The position numbers and the translations under genes were made by a program. Shown in pieces: positions 25,319-36,508 of a DNA stretch of 47,308 nt (its first letter is position 1; every line of letters begins with the position of its first letter). Below the pieces are notes generated by a model, which made no database searches, was not told the DNA's origin, and saw nothing but the letters and a program-made list of their open reading frames with translations. Source of the DNA: Octopus sinensis (Eukaryota); the NCBI RefSeq assembly GCF_006345805.1, contig NW_021834547.1, positions 1 to 47,308 of the forward strand, in the 5' to 3' direction.

Positions 25319-26779
25319 TTACCGTCTGCGTTTTTTACCACATTTATACTTTACACGACATTTCTTCTTCCTCTCGTTCTCTTTCTTTTCTTGTGTTCTC
25401 CTTCTCGAGTCTACCGCTTCGTTCACATCTTCCTCCGTTTGTGTATCTGTAATTTCTCCCGGCTGCAAATACGTCTCTTCCATCTGTTGTTCTTTATCTT
25501 TGAGCTTAAACAACTTTAGATTTCCTCGCCATATACTTCTTCGTTTTGCAGTTCCATCGCTCTCAATATCTCTTCTATAGTTGGTTCCTCAGTGTTACCA
25601 TTCTAATTAATATTATCTGCCATTCCTCTATCCGTTTCCATTTTTTCTAAAGTTGGTGAGTTTTTCAAATACTTCTCTTCCGTCTGTTCTTCTTTATCTT
25701 TGAGCTTAAAGAACTCTAGATTTTCTCGCTCTGTTTTGTCTTCGTTTTGCAGTTCCATCGCTCTCTCTATCTCTTCTATAGTTGGTTCTTCAGTGTTACA
25801 GTTCTGATATGTTATATTCTCTGCTATTCCTTTACTTTTTTCGTTTCTTTTAAAGTTGGTGACTTTTTACGTTCTCTCTTCCTGCTCTTCACCATATTAG
25901 TTCTATTATTGTTCCCCCTCTTCATTTCGTCGGCTGCATTTTCTTCCACAATTGTTTCCAACCTTTTCTCTACTTCTGTATTCGGGCATTTCCTTCGCAT
26001 ATGCCCCCTTATGCCACACAAGTAGCATTTTGGGGGTCTTCCCTGCAGCACAATATCTAACTTTTCACCGGTCGGTAATTCAATTTCATAACCCCCAAAA
26101 TTCAAGCATTGTTTTGCTCACTGTTAGTACGTTCAACTTTGTATTTCCTCTCTTCAAATACTCTCTGAAGATTCCCACTATTACCCATTCAGGCTCTATT
26201 ATGGGTGGGATTCTTCCAACTCTAATTTTCACTAACATTTTCCTGGTTTGTCGGGTATGAGAGTCCACCTATTTCCTTCTATCACTTGGTCGTTCCTCTT
26301 TGCCGCCTCCACATTTTCAAATATAACATTTACCTTGCCGTATTGGCTTCCTCTATTTATAAAAAAAACACTATAACCATACAGCACTATACCATTGCTT
26401 CTATTTGAAATTCAGGTGCTATTTCAATCCTCCTGGATTCGTTGGAGAATGTTCTGTATGCTATTGTTGAATTCCTTAACATTTTCTTTTTCTCCTCCGA
26501 CATTATAAGCTTCACATTCGTTGCTTCTCTTTCTACTTTGCTCATGTATCTCTTCATCTTTTCAGGGTCCCAATTCAACGACTTCGGTGTTAGGCTTCTT
26601 AATTTCTCTTTTTCCGGGTCTTCCACTGTCGCTTCCGCGTAGCTCTTGATTTCCAATTTTTCTTTTACCACCAAACGTCGGCTTCGTACGCATCTTCGAT
26701 TAGCTTCTCTCAAAAAACAACAAAACCTGGAGTAGCATGATTTGCTAGCTGCAGATACCTGTCTAGATCTTGTGAACAT
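25319..26779 (-). mobile_element. Frameshifted gag/ORF1-like protein with CCHC zinc knuckle (Tx1/L1-like ORF1)
   Basis: ORFs 26387-26887, 26086-26268, 25824-26105 and 25319-25513; KSYAEA, VKIRVGRIPP..EW and QGRPPKCYLCGIRGHMRRKC (CX2CX4HX4C), with a K/E-rich C-terminus. Confidence 0.8.
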
Positions 26780-26827
26780 ATATAATTCCAGTGAAATAAA
26801 TCCACTGATCACAAAAAATCGAAATAT

Positions 26828-26936
26828 TAAATTTCTAAATATCTCAGAGAGATATAAGCAGTGATGGTATCCCATAAAGGAAATCACATTACCGCTATTT
26901 AGCCCTAGGAAGCGTCGATGCTTCCTAGGGCTAAAT
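26828..26936 (-). repeat. Leader repeat copy 1, bounded by a perfect 17-bp hairpin
   Basis: Similarity to 24637-24772; ATTTAGCCCTAGGAAGC-gtcgat-GCTTCCTAGGGCTAAAT at 26897-26936. Confidence 0.85.
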
Positions 26937-27553
26937 TAGATATTGACTATTACTGATATTAGATTATTGGTGGGTTTCTTACCTTAAAAATTAATACATA
27001 AAAATTAAAATTAATATTTAACATTTGCTAGTTTTATTCCCATTGATAAATATATTTATAGTATTTATAGTATTTATTCGATACTATATAACTACGAATT
27101 GATTATTTCAGTAAGTATTTTAAATATAGATTTCCGAAAGTTCGTTTAAGTTTGTTGTTGTATTTTTGAAATTAGCTATTTCATCTTTAAATATGAAAAA
27201 TTAATTTATTAGGTCTTTATTATATGTGCATTATATTTATTTATAGAGATTATTTTAGATCTTAATTATTATATATATATACATTTATATATTTTCATTG
27301 ATAATTTATATATAAAGTCATTTTTTTAAAAATTTATGTAATTAGGTATAGACTATTACCGATATAAGATTATTGGTGGGTTCTTACCTAAAAAATTAAA
27401 ATTAATATTTAACATATAATCGATTTTGATTGTAATCATAATCGTAAGTTTTAAGTTTCTAGTTGAAAATAGAGATTATTATAAGTAAAATTATTATTTA
27501 TTTATATTTAAAAATATTGTTTACTATTTCTGATTATTTTAAATATTTCAATT

Positions 27554-27648
27554 AACCTGAAGATTGACTGTAACCATAATTCGAATTATTAATTGAATTT
27601 AAATTATTGTTATTCGAATTCGTACAGCCATGAAACGATCGTAGTGTT
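27554..27648 (+). ncRNA. Hammerhead ribozyme motif with long stem II
   Basis: CUGAAGA (27557), stem II UGACUGUA/UACAGCCA plus AAUUCGAAU/AUUCGAAUU, then GAAA CGAUCG UA; stem I is weak. Confidence 0.6.
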
Positions 27649-27789
27649 TTACTCTTTATCTTTTATTAAACTTTTAATACTTTTGATATTTATATAATAA
27701 TTTTTTAAAAAATTAATAAATAAATAAATTTATAAATAAAATAATATATAAATATAAAAATATACATACATATAAATATATTTATGCTT

Positions 27790-28240
27790 ATGGTTATGTT
27801 TTCCAGTTTCAGCTCTTGAGCTGTGGCCATGCTGGGGCACCGCCATTTGGTGTTGCTACATGATTTTACCTCATGAATGCATTTTAGCAACTGCCATTTG
27901 GTGCATGAGAGAGTTTGATGTAGCTTCCCTCATCTGCACCTCCTGCCGTAAAGTTGGTTCATCCTGGACACCTGACAGGAAGAGATCCAGTGGACTTTAA
28001 AGACATCCGCATCCACCCCATGGAGGTCCCTCAGGTTCTTCGGGAGGATATTGAAGAGCTGTGGGCCTCGGAAGCCCAGGCTATCACAGTATCTTGTCCT
28101 ACATCTTGATGGCAAATTCGGAGTCCTTGGCACCATGCAGTGGCGCCCAGTTCTGGCATTTGTGTAACTCTCGATGCCAAAGTTTGGGACAATTCCTTCC
28201 AGGATCTTCCAGATGTATATTATGGCATATCTTTCTCGCC
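27790..28240 (-). mobile_element. CR1/L2-group LINE 3' end
   Basis: VPRTPNLPSRCRTRYCDSLGFRGPQLFNILPK plus the same 3' UTR as 38515-39270. Confidence 0.9.
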
Positions 28241-28643
28241 TATTTGTATATATATATATTTGGAATTTATAAGTTTAAATTATTTAAATAATTCTTTGAA
28301 ATTTTAAATTTTATATTTTTTAATTAATTTTATGTAATGGCTTATGCGTTTCACTGTTTGATTTGCCTAATAGTGGTTTTATCTCTAATTTATAATATAA
28401 TATAATATATTTATACTATAAAATTGGATTTAATCCTAAATCTAATTTTTTCCTGTAAGTTTGGATTTATTCCCTAATATTATTATTATAACTTTATATA
28501 TATATATATATATATATACAACCCCCCACACACGCGCGCGCGCACAAAAAAGTTCATTCCCACGTCTATATGCACCTATAGACATGGAAAACAGGGCTAA
28601 AGGCAATATATATATGTGTGTGTGTGTGTGTTTGTGTGTGTGT

Positions 28644-28907
28644 GGAGGCGCAATGGCCCAGTGGTTAGGGAAGCGGACTCGCGTTTTCGATTCCCAGATC
28701 AGGCGTTGTGAGTATTTATTCAGCGAAAACACCGGCAGCGGGTGGTGGCGATCCCTGCTGTACGCTTTCGCCGCAACTTTCTTCTGTTGGCCTGCTCATT
28801 TAGCCAGCGGGGTGGCGTCATTTGAAGGTAAAATCAATGCAAAGCGCATTGTGACCAGCGATGTGTAGCAACATCTGAAAGCCTGGTCGGTCACGTGATC
28901 ACGTGAG
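28644..28907 (+). mobile_element. tRNA-derived SINE
   Basis: A-box TGGCCCAGTGG, B-box-like TTCGATTCC, and a body ending GGTCACGTGATCACGTGA plus an A-run. Confidence 0.75.
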
Positions 28908-30803
28908 AAAAAAAAAATATATATAAGTTCTAATTTACCCTAATTATACAAAAAAAGTCAGTAGCTGGTTCAACCATTGCGTAATATAGTAGTTATCACT
29001 ACTAATAAAGAAAATTTGCTGTTCCACATATGTGAAAAATAATAATCAGCTGTACATTGGTATACTGGAAAATGTATTAAGATATTCATAAGCAAAATTT
29101 ATAAGGTTGCTGTTAAAACAGAGTCTTTGATGAAATTCCAAAACACACATTGGTCATAATTCGTGCAAACAGAAGTAATAAAGAAAAAATGAAAAACATT
29201 AAATTACTTGGGATTCTTCGTCACTATAACTGTCTTCTTCAGCCGATGATTCAAAAGATAGTGATCTACAAAAATGAACCAAGAAGAAAGTTTAAGATTA
29301 GAGAAAGTTGTTTGTCATATGGAGTGTAGTTAACATTCTGGACATTTGAACTTCATCTAAAAGTTAAGAAAAGGAGAAAAGTGATAGTGTTGCATGGGTT
29401 GGGAGCAAGAAACAATGGAATATTACTGAAAGACTAATATAGGAGGTGATGAGAAGGATAACCAAGAGGGAGTTAAGGTCAGAATGAGTCAGAATGAGGC
29501 TAGAGGAATGGTCAGGGTCTGGTGAACAAAGGCGGAGAGAAAAGCTAAGAACATATGAGGAGAAGGTAGAAGGGGTCAGTGAGGATTATGACTAAATTTA
29601 TGGAGTAATATCTATGTGTATTTAGACCTGTTGTGAAATTAGGAATACATTTCAATAAGTAGCTTTGAACAATTTTATTTCAAAAGAGAGGTCAGCAAAT
29701 CTTGACGAAGTGCTCAGACAGTAAAACTCGTCAGTTTGATTTTTATTACAAGCTGCTGAAAATATAGTTCATAGACTTCATTTCAGCATAAGGTACATTT
29801 ACGCATAAAGTATGGGGTGTAAATACTCATGTAATTAATATCAAGGCATCACATTTCTACAATTTTCAAATGGCATTTAATTGGTACAATTTTGATTGTG
29901 TTTTGATATATAGCCTTCTGCCATTTGTCTCGGTTTTGTGGGATGTGTGGGTGTGTGAGATCTGATGAACTGTAAAAGACAGTAAATCTGCTTAATTTAA
30001 TTCACATCTCTAGAAAAACTTCTGCTTCAATGTATGATTTCTTACATAAAATAAGACCTCGAATTTCAACAATTACCATAAGGTATTTTGTTTGACCGTT
30101 TTATAATTCTGCTAATCCACTACATTTTCTTCAGATGTATATTAAGACACAAACAAACAGTAACATTAGAAGAGATAAACTGATAGGTTAAACATTTCTG
30201 AATTGACTGTATGTATTTGGTGGAGATACTTAGCGTTTATGGGGCAAATTTCAAAGCTACACTAAATACACGGTGGTAACACACTTTACATTGTTCTTAG
30301 TTTGCACGGATTTACTTGAGCATCGCTTTTGTTGGAACCAAAATGTTTTCGCTTTTCCCTTTATATCTACAGGAATCCCCTTTGTAGTTTCCGATTCAAT
30401 ATTTCCTTTTCCTTATCGTTATAACGTCATTTCATTTCTTCAATACAAAAGGCTCTGACTAATGCCTAAGTTAGAATTAATATCATATATTTATAAATAT
30501 CTGATAAATATTTTCGAGACTAAATAATAATTTCAAATGTCCAGAAAATTGATTTTTTTAGAACTGAAGATATATTATCAAATCTAGTTCATAATGGTCA
30601 AAGTCGTCAACAGAAACTATGAAAGAGTGAAGTATAAAAGAAACAACAGAAACAAAGAAACAATCAGAGCCACTAAAATTGTTGGATCTCTTGTAACTTT
30701 AAAGCAAACATCACACCTTCATGGTTACATTACATCAACAAAGGAAAATACTTTACTTCAAATAGAATATAAAATCCAATATCACCATATTACCTATACC
30801 AAT

Positions 30804-30870
<67 letters not shown>

Positions 30871-31125
30871 ACGGAAGCTTTATGAAAATAGACAAAAGAC
30901 GAAGGCAGGTTTACGGAAATAAACAAAAGACGAAGGCAGGTGGAATACAAACAAACAATTGTATTAGTATGGCGCTCAGGAAACATAAATAAAACAAGTC
31001 TTTAACGTTTCGAGCCTACGCTCTTCAACAGAAAGATACACAGAGAAGAAACACAGAAAGAAGGAGAGAAAAAAAATGCGTGCAGAGGCTAGCGAATCAA
31101 CATGGCGATCTGATTTCGGCTAGAA
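30871..31125 (-). mobile_element. Short Penelope-pLTR/retrozyme-like element ending at (TA)n
   Basis: Contains the hammerhead 30999-31036, the CCTGAGCG..TAATAC..TTCCAC block shared with the 22.6 kb copy, and a duplicated ACAAAAGACGAAGGCAGGT. Confidence 0.65.
30999..31036 (-). ncRNA. Minimal hammerhead ribozyme variant (CUGUUGA core)
   Basis: UCUUU CUGUUGA A GAGC GUAG GCUC GAAAC GUU^ AAAGA; stems I and II pair perfectly; palindromic AACGUU. Confidence 0.7.
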
Positions 31126-32317
31126 ATAATATTGCTTATTTTTCTTTCGAAAAAGATTTTTTACTCGATTGCTTGGAAGTGCTAAGGTGGAAACCGAGAT
31201 GTATAACTTGGTATAAGAAGAGACAAAAATTGAAATAATCATTTCATATTTATGATTTACATCAACATAATAAATACATAACTACATACACAGATATAAC
31301 ATATATCAAATTTAAGGTTAAAGGACGTTGAAACAAGGATTAATAGTTATAAGATACATCGACAGTAGTTAGAAATCCTAATTATAGATTTAAAATTTTA
31401 GAAGAGTTCCGAAGAAATGATGTACAGAGGTTTATAACATCAATATGAAGCAATTCGAAGGCCGTTTTTGGAGTCCATTAGTCAGCAGGTATGAATCCTT
31501 TCGATTCACACTGACATGTCCCCTTTACTAGGGATAAATAAATAGATAATTAATCAAGTTTGAAGATATGTAAGAGAAAAGAAAAGAAAGGAAGGAAATT
31601 TCTGGTTACATTACGTTGGTCGTCGGTTACTCTATCAGATACTGACCACTTTTACGATGATTCACGCTTATATACAAAAGGAAACTTCCAGTGTAGGATG
31701 ATGGGTGAAGTTTAAAAAACAATCGATTTTCCAATAAATTCCGAGAATAATCAATTACTAATAGCAGAAGAAGCAGGACTGCCAAATACTTAATTCCTTG
31801 TAACTCGTCTTATAGAGTTCCATGAAAGATGAGTGAAATGTATGGGTTCATGAATGAATGGTATCAGACAATTTATTTAATATGCCCGAATTGCAATATT
31901 TTAGAATAATGTATGATTCTCTAATGCATAAAGTACATTTGTAACCTATAGCATTATAGGGGAGGCCGCTTGCTAGTATATATGCTCTTATTCCTTAAAT
32001 TATGTATATATGAGGGTAGAGTAGTAGAATTTTTATATTTAATGTTAGTAAATGAATTTAAATGCGTTCTATAACTTTTTTTTTAAATACAACAGTACTA
32101 ACTATATATGTTCCAGTCTGATACTTATCTGATACTACTGTACATCCGTATACTACATTTTTATGGAGACAGAATCATTCAAGTGGGCATAAATCGATTT
32201 TTCTACAACTACATATTTTCCCTAATTTATTTTTGCTATTATCTATATATTTTGGAGGGGTGGATTTCCATTATTTAAGGCTACCTTAAAGAATTTTAGT
32301 TGAGGAAATCAACTCCG

Positions 32318-32560
32318 GGACTCATTCTTTGTAAGTCTAGTACTTATTCTATAGGTCTATCAGCGAACCGGTAAGTTACGGGAACGTAAACACACCAACG
32401 TCGGTTGTGAGACGATAGTGGAAGGAAAAATACAGACACGAAGACACACACATACACATATACATAATATACGACGGTCTTCCTTTGGTTTCCCTCTACC
32501 AAGTCCACTCACAAGGCTTTGGTCGGTCCGAGGCCTTAGTAGAAGAAATCGTTTTGCCAT
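32318..32560 (-). mobile_element. Octopus-type SINE fragment with internal (TG)n
   Basis: Minus strand CTTCTACTAAGGCCTCGGACCGACCAAAGCCTTGTGAGTGGA..TGTTTACGTTCCCGTAACTTAC..AGAATAAGTACTAG, recalled as a common octopus SINE. Confidence 0.7.
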
Positions 32561-32771
32561 CGCGCCCAGACAGGTATATAATGTTGAAAAGCTTCAAAAA
32601 TGGCGAAACACCGATATCCATCATTCCAAAATGGGAATGAGGGTGAGTTATCTCGCCTGTCTATGATTAAGTTGTTTTAACACCGTCGAAATGAGCCTTA
32701 TATACTCCACTACACTATTGTGGACAACTGACACTTTCCATCATATCATATAAGCTACTGTGAGTTTTCAC

Positions 32772-32808
<37 letters not shown>

Positions 32809-32927
32809 TTGTTATATTTCGGAATGGTCATTTTGCCAGTTTAGCCAATAAAAACACACGCACTATATACTTGGTGTTACTTTGCTTCAGTGTTATTTAT
32901 TTTTTACATTAATCTTAATCTTATTTC

Positions 32928-32971
32928 GGCCAGAGTTCTTTCGTCACACTCCTGTGACCGATGCAGTGGTC
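32928..32971 (-). ncRNA. Degenerate hammerhead downstream of the Penelope endonuclease
   Basis: GACCA cugcaucg GUCAC aggagu GUGAC GAAA GAAC UC UGGCC; the core is mutated but the stems are retained. Confidence 0.45.
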
Positions 32972-33464
32972 TTTTGTTTTCTTCTTTCTTATTTGTGTCT
33001 CTCGTTACTAACCGTCAGCCATTTTGTGTTTCTATTGTATGTGTCTTCATTTGCGCATGCTTATATCTCTATGTGCGTCTATGTTTATATAGTGTGTGTA
33101 TGTGGGAAGATGCCTGCAATATTTGTATCTTCTGTTTATATACGTTCGTGTAATTTGTTTTTGTTTATTCTTATTTTGTTCATGTGTTTAAATCCACATA
33201 TTATTATTATCATTACGTATGATTGTATGTATGTATGTATAACAACAATACTAATAATAATAATAATAAAACATTTAAAAACATTTCAAAAATTTAAAAA
33301 TTTAAAAAATAAAAAAAAATCTTTTAAATTTAATAAAGAGATTATATAGTTATTTATTTCTATTTGTTTATTTATCTGTGTATTTTATTCATTATGTTTT
33401 TGTTTTTGTTTATATTGTAACCAGTTTATGGGGATCCTCTACTGTCATATGTTGTGGTGTGTGC

Positions 33465-33775
33465 TAGTGTTCCATTCCAGTTACCTATTCAGGCTAGGTT
33501 TATCTTCTATTATGTGTGTAGCTTCCGTAATTTGTCTGAATGTTGCATCTGTTCTATGCGTAGACAAGATTTTAACATCTCTGTTGTTGATTGATCCCCC
33601 GTGTTCCTGCTCGGCGTGTTGGTACAGAATCGATGAGCTTTTACCTTCCTTAAGTTCTCTCCAATGCCCATTTACCCGCTCTCCTATGCTTCGTGCCGTT
33701 TCCCCTGCGTATGTCGTTGTCTTGTTACTGTATCATCCCTCTATACATCTTATACTATAGACTACTATTATCTTA
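33465..33775 (-). mobile_element. Penelope-like element GIY-YIG endonuclease fragment
   Basis: Hand translation VVYSIRCIEG*YSNKTTTYAGETARSIGERVNGHWRELKEGKSSSILYQHAEQEHGG..KIL..RQITEATHIIEDKPSLNR*LEW. Confidence 0.85.
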
Positions 33776-33903
33776 GCCTGAATATTTTAAGTTTTATAAT
33801 TATTAATTTTTATCAATATTAATTATTTACTATTATTCATTTTCATTTTTATTAAATTTCATATTTTAACATTTTTGTATACTTTCTTTTATTATTATCT
33901 TTT

Positions 33904-34095
33904 AGGCGGCGAACTGGCAGAATCGTAAGCGCGTCGCTTCGTTCGGATTTCAAATTCCACCGAGTCGACTTTGCTTTTCATCCTTTTGAGGGTCGATAAA
34001 TTAAGTACCAGTAAAAACACTGGAGTCGGTGTAACCGACTAATCTCTTCCCCACAAATTCGAGACCGTGTGCCTACAGTCGAAAGTATTATTATC
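33904..34095 (+). mobile_element. tRNA-derived SINE with Nin-like central domain
   Basis: GGCGGCGAACTGGCAGAATCG..TTCAAATTCC..GACTTTGCTTTTCATCCTTT.GAGGGTCGATAAATTAAGTACCAG and an (ATT)n tail. Confidence 0.75.
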
Positions 34096-36390
34096 ATCAC
34101 CTTATTTTACTACTATTACTATTTTTCTTAAATAAAAATATTAACACACACACACACAAATTACAAAGCATATTTCATCTACTTTGTTGGAGAATCTCAA
34201 CCGATCGGCATGTAACTTCCTTTCGGCTTTCGAAACCGCAACTCCAAATCACCATGCAATAACCTATCACTAGATCAATGAAATTTTACCTCCGATCAGA
34301 ACTGGACCCTCAAGAAAATAAACAGACTGACTCGGTAAGAGAATCAAACAACAGGAACGTTTCATGACCATTCCCCACAGGCAAGACAACCAGGCAGAAT
34401 GTCAAACTTGGTCTCCAGAAAGAATAAGAATAAGAATTATAACGAATCAAAAATTATATCCTTTCACAGAAAAGATTATAGATACACTGATTCCAAAGCA
34501 GTCCGTTACAGGCGAAAAACCCTCTACGCGACGGTAAAAAGAATCACATGCAAGATGAAAGAAACTGTAACAAAATCCCTTTTGCTTACTCTCTTCTTTC
34601 TTTATCTGTTTCTCTCTTAAATCAGTATGACTGAACTTTTGGTGATCTACATCTTTTATATACTTCGCCCATCATTTTCTGATAATATTGAATTTTGTGA
34701 ACATTTAATCATTTAAATATGTTTTCTAATTCGCAAACAAAATAGGGCCTTGGGACCGAGGAGAGGAGGTAACGCTTAGAAAATGTCTTGGAAGATGGTG
34801 AACATAGCGACAGAAAATTTGCGACTGTTCAGCTACAGGACCAGTGTAAGAAGGGAAGAAAGAGGGGTACTGGCAGTTGGTCACGCGACAGCAGCAGGCA
34901 GAGGAGAAAGACTGCAGGGTGAGAGAACGACAGAGAAAAATAGGGAAGAGATGAAGGGAAAGAAGAAAGGCTGGGAATACAAGAGAGAGACGGAGTCAGT
35001 AGAAAGTCTATAATAAATAAATACACACACACACATATATGTATATTTATATATATTAAGTATGTAAGTATGTTTTAAAATGTATGGGTTATTTACGGAG
35101 TGCTCATAGAGAGCCTACACGAAAAAATACAGAGTAGAGAAAATTTAAAACGCAAGTCTTGGAAAGTCAAACAGATTCCCGAACGCATAAATGAGAAATT
35201 TCAATCGAAGTAGTTGAATCATATATATTTATACACATCAACATAAATCATGCATGTACAGGCGTGAAAATTCCCCAAGGTTATAAAGAATGAAATCAAA
35301 CATACATAGAAATATAGAAGAAATATATAAATTTATATAAAAATACTTATCAAATTACATATAAATAAATTTACATACTACGAGTTATACGTGATAAATA
35401 TAGGAGGTGCAAAGTGGATGAGAGATTGGTACATTCTGTAAGGATCAGATATCGAGATATGTAGGTATTTAGTGGGTCTTTCGATATGATGAAGAAAGTT
35501 TATCTGGAAATGTCTGTCTACTTACGTATCAAAAGATGTCGATGCCACAGGCGGTTGAATTTGTGTTTCTGTTGTTTCAGGCTAGAGAAAAGAGGAAAAA
35601 CAATGTTAATTGTTGAAAGAAATGTTTGGGTTAGTATTTCTAGGTATAGAAAACATGTTTTAAGTAAAATATATGTTTGAAGGAGGAGGTATATAAGTAA
35701 CAGTAGTAAGCAAGAGGCAAAGAATAACCACATCTAAAAGTCTAACAACTACAACGGATATAGACACAGAAAAATCCATTTACAGAAAAACGATAAACAG
35801 TTTTATTTTCAATTTAGTTTTAGAGATTTCAACATGGTTAGCATCATTGAATTCAAATGAAGGTCTGAAATCGTAATTACAACTATTTTATTTTTATGAA
35901 GTTCAGTATTTATGACGTCAGTGCAGATCCTTTTAATGTCTTACTAATTTAGGCATAATTAAATAAAATCTTTAGGAAAATAATATCCTCAGATGCAATA
36001 TGAAACACAATTTATATATATATATAAATGAATTATAAAGTTCACATCCTGAAATCATCAAAAGACTCCCAAAGCCTAAAATTCAAAGAAGGAAAACAGT
36101 AAAGACATTAAATAGTTCTATAAGTTATAGAAAGTTTTTTTTTTAAATTATGATGAACATATAAATATCATTTAATGTAAGTTTATTTAAGCGTGTACAT
36201 TTTAGCTGTACATTTTCCCAATTGAAAAACGGACATATTTTGATACAATATTTTACATGAAATTTATACAAATTTTGCAAGGATTGTGCAATCTAAACAG
36301 GAACTAACTTCTTATTTTTCTCACTTCACCCATGATTGCAGGTGTCTTGCACAAATACTATTCGCATATGAACGCTTCCTCGCTACACTA

Positions 36391-36473
36391 GGGCATTAGT
36401 TCTTGTGACAAAAGCATCTATATTCTCAGAAGATAACATAGGCATCAACAATGCAAACCTGGCTGAAGAACAG

Positions 36474-36474
<1 letters not shown>
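36391..36474 (+). repeat. Second copy of the 12013-12096 repeat
   Basis: Near-identical sequence. Confidence 0.9.

Positions 36475-36505
<31 letters not shown>

Positions 36506-36508
<3 letters not shown>

Noticed and set aside
26940-27790. NUMT hypothesis for the very AT-rich block
   Set aside because: No recognisable mitochondrial gene, tRNA or rRNA motif.
28644-28700. tRNA gene
   Set aside because: A and B boxes only, no cloverleaf; it is a SINE head.
31455-31540. Possible very decayed minus-strand hammerhead (CTAGTAA...AAAACGGCCTTC)
   Set aside because: Both core boxes and the cleavage triplet are mutated; not distinguishable from chance.
35450-35700. Possible Penelope endonuclease C-terminal relics here and at 20000-20135
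   Set aside because: Only faint Cys-motif resemblance; too degraded to support.
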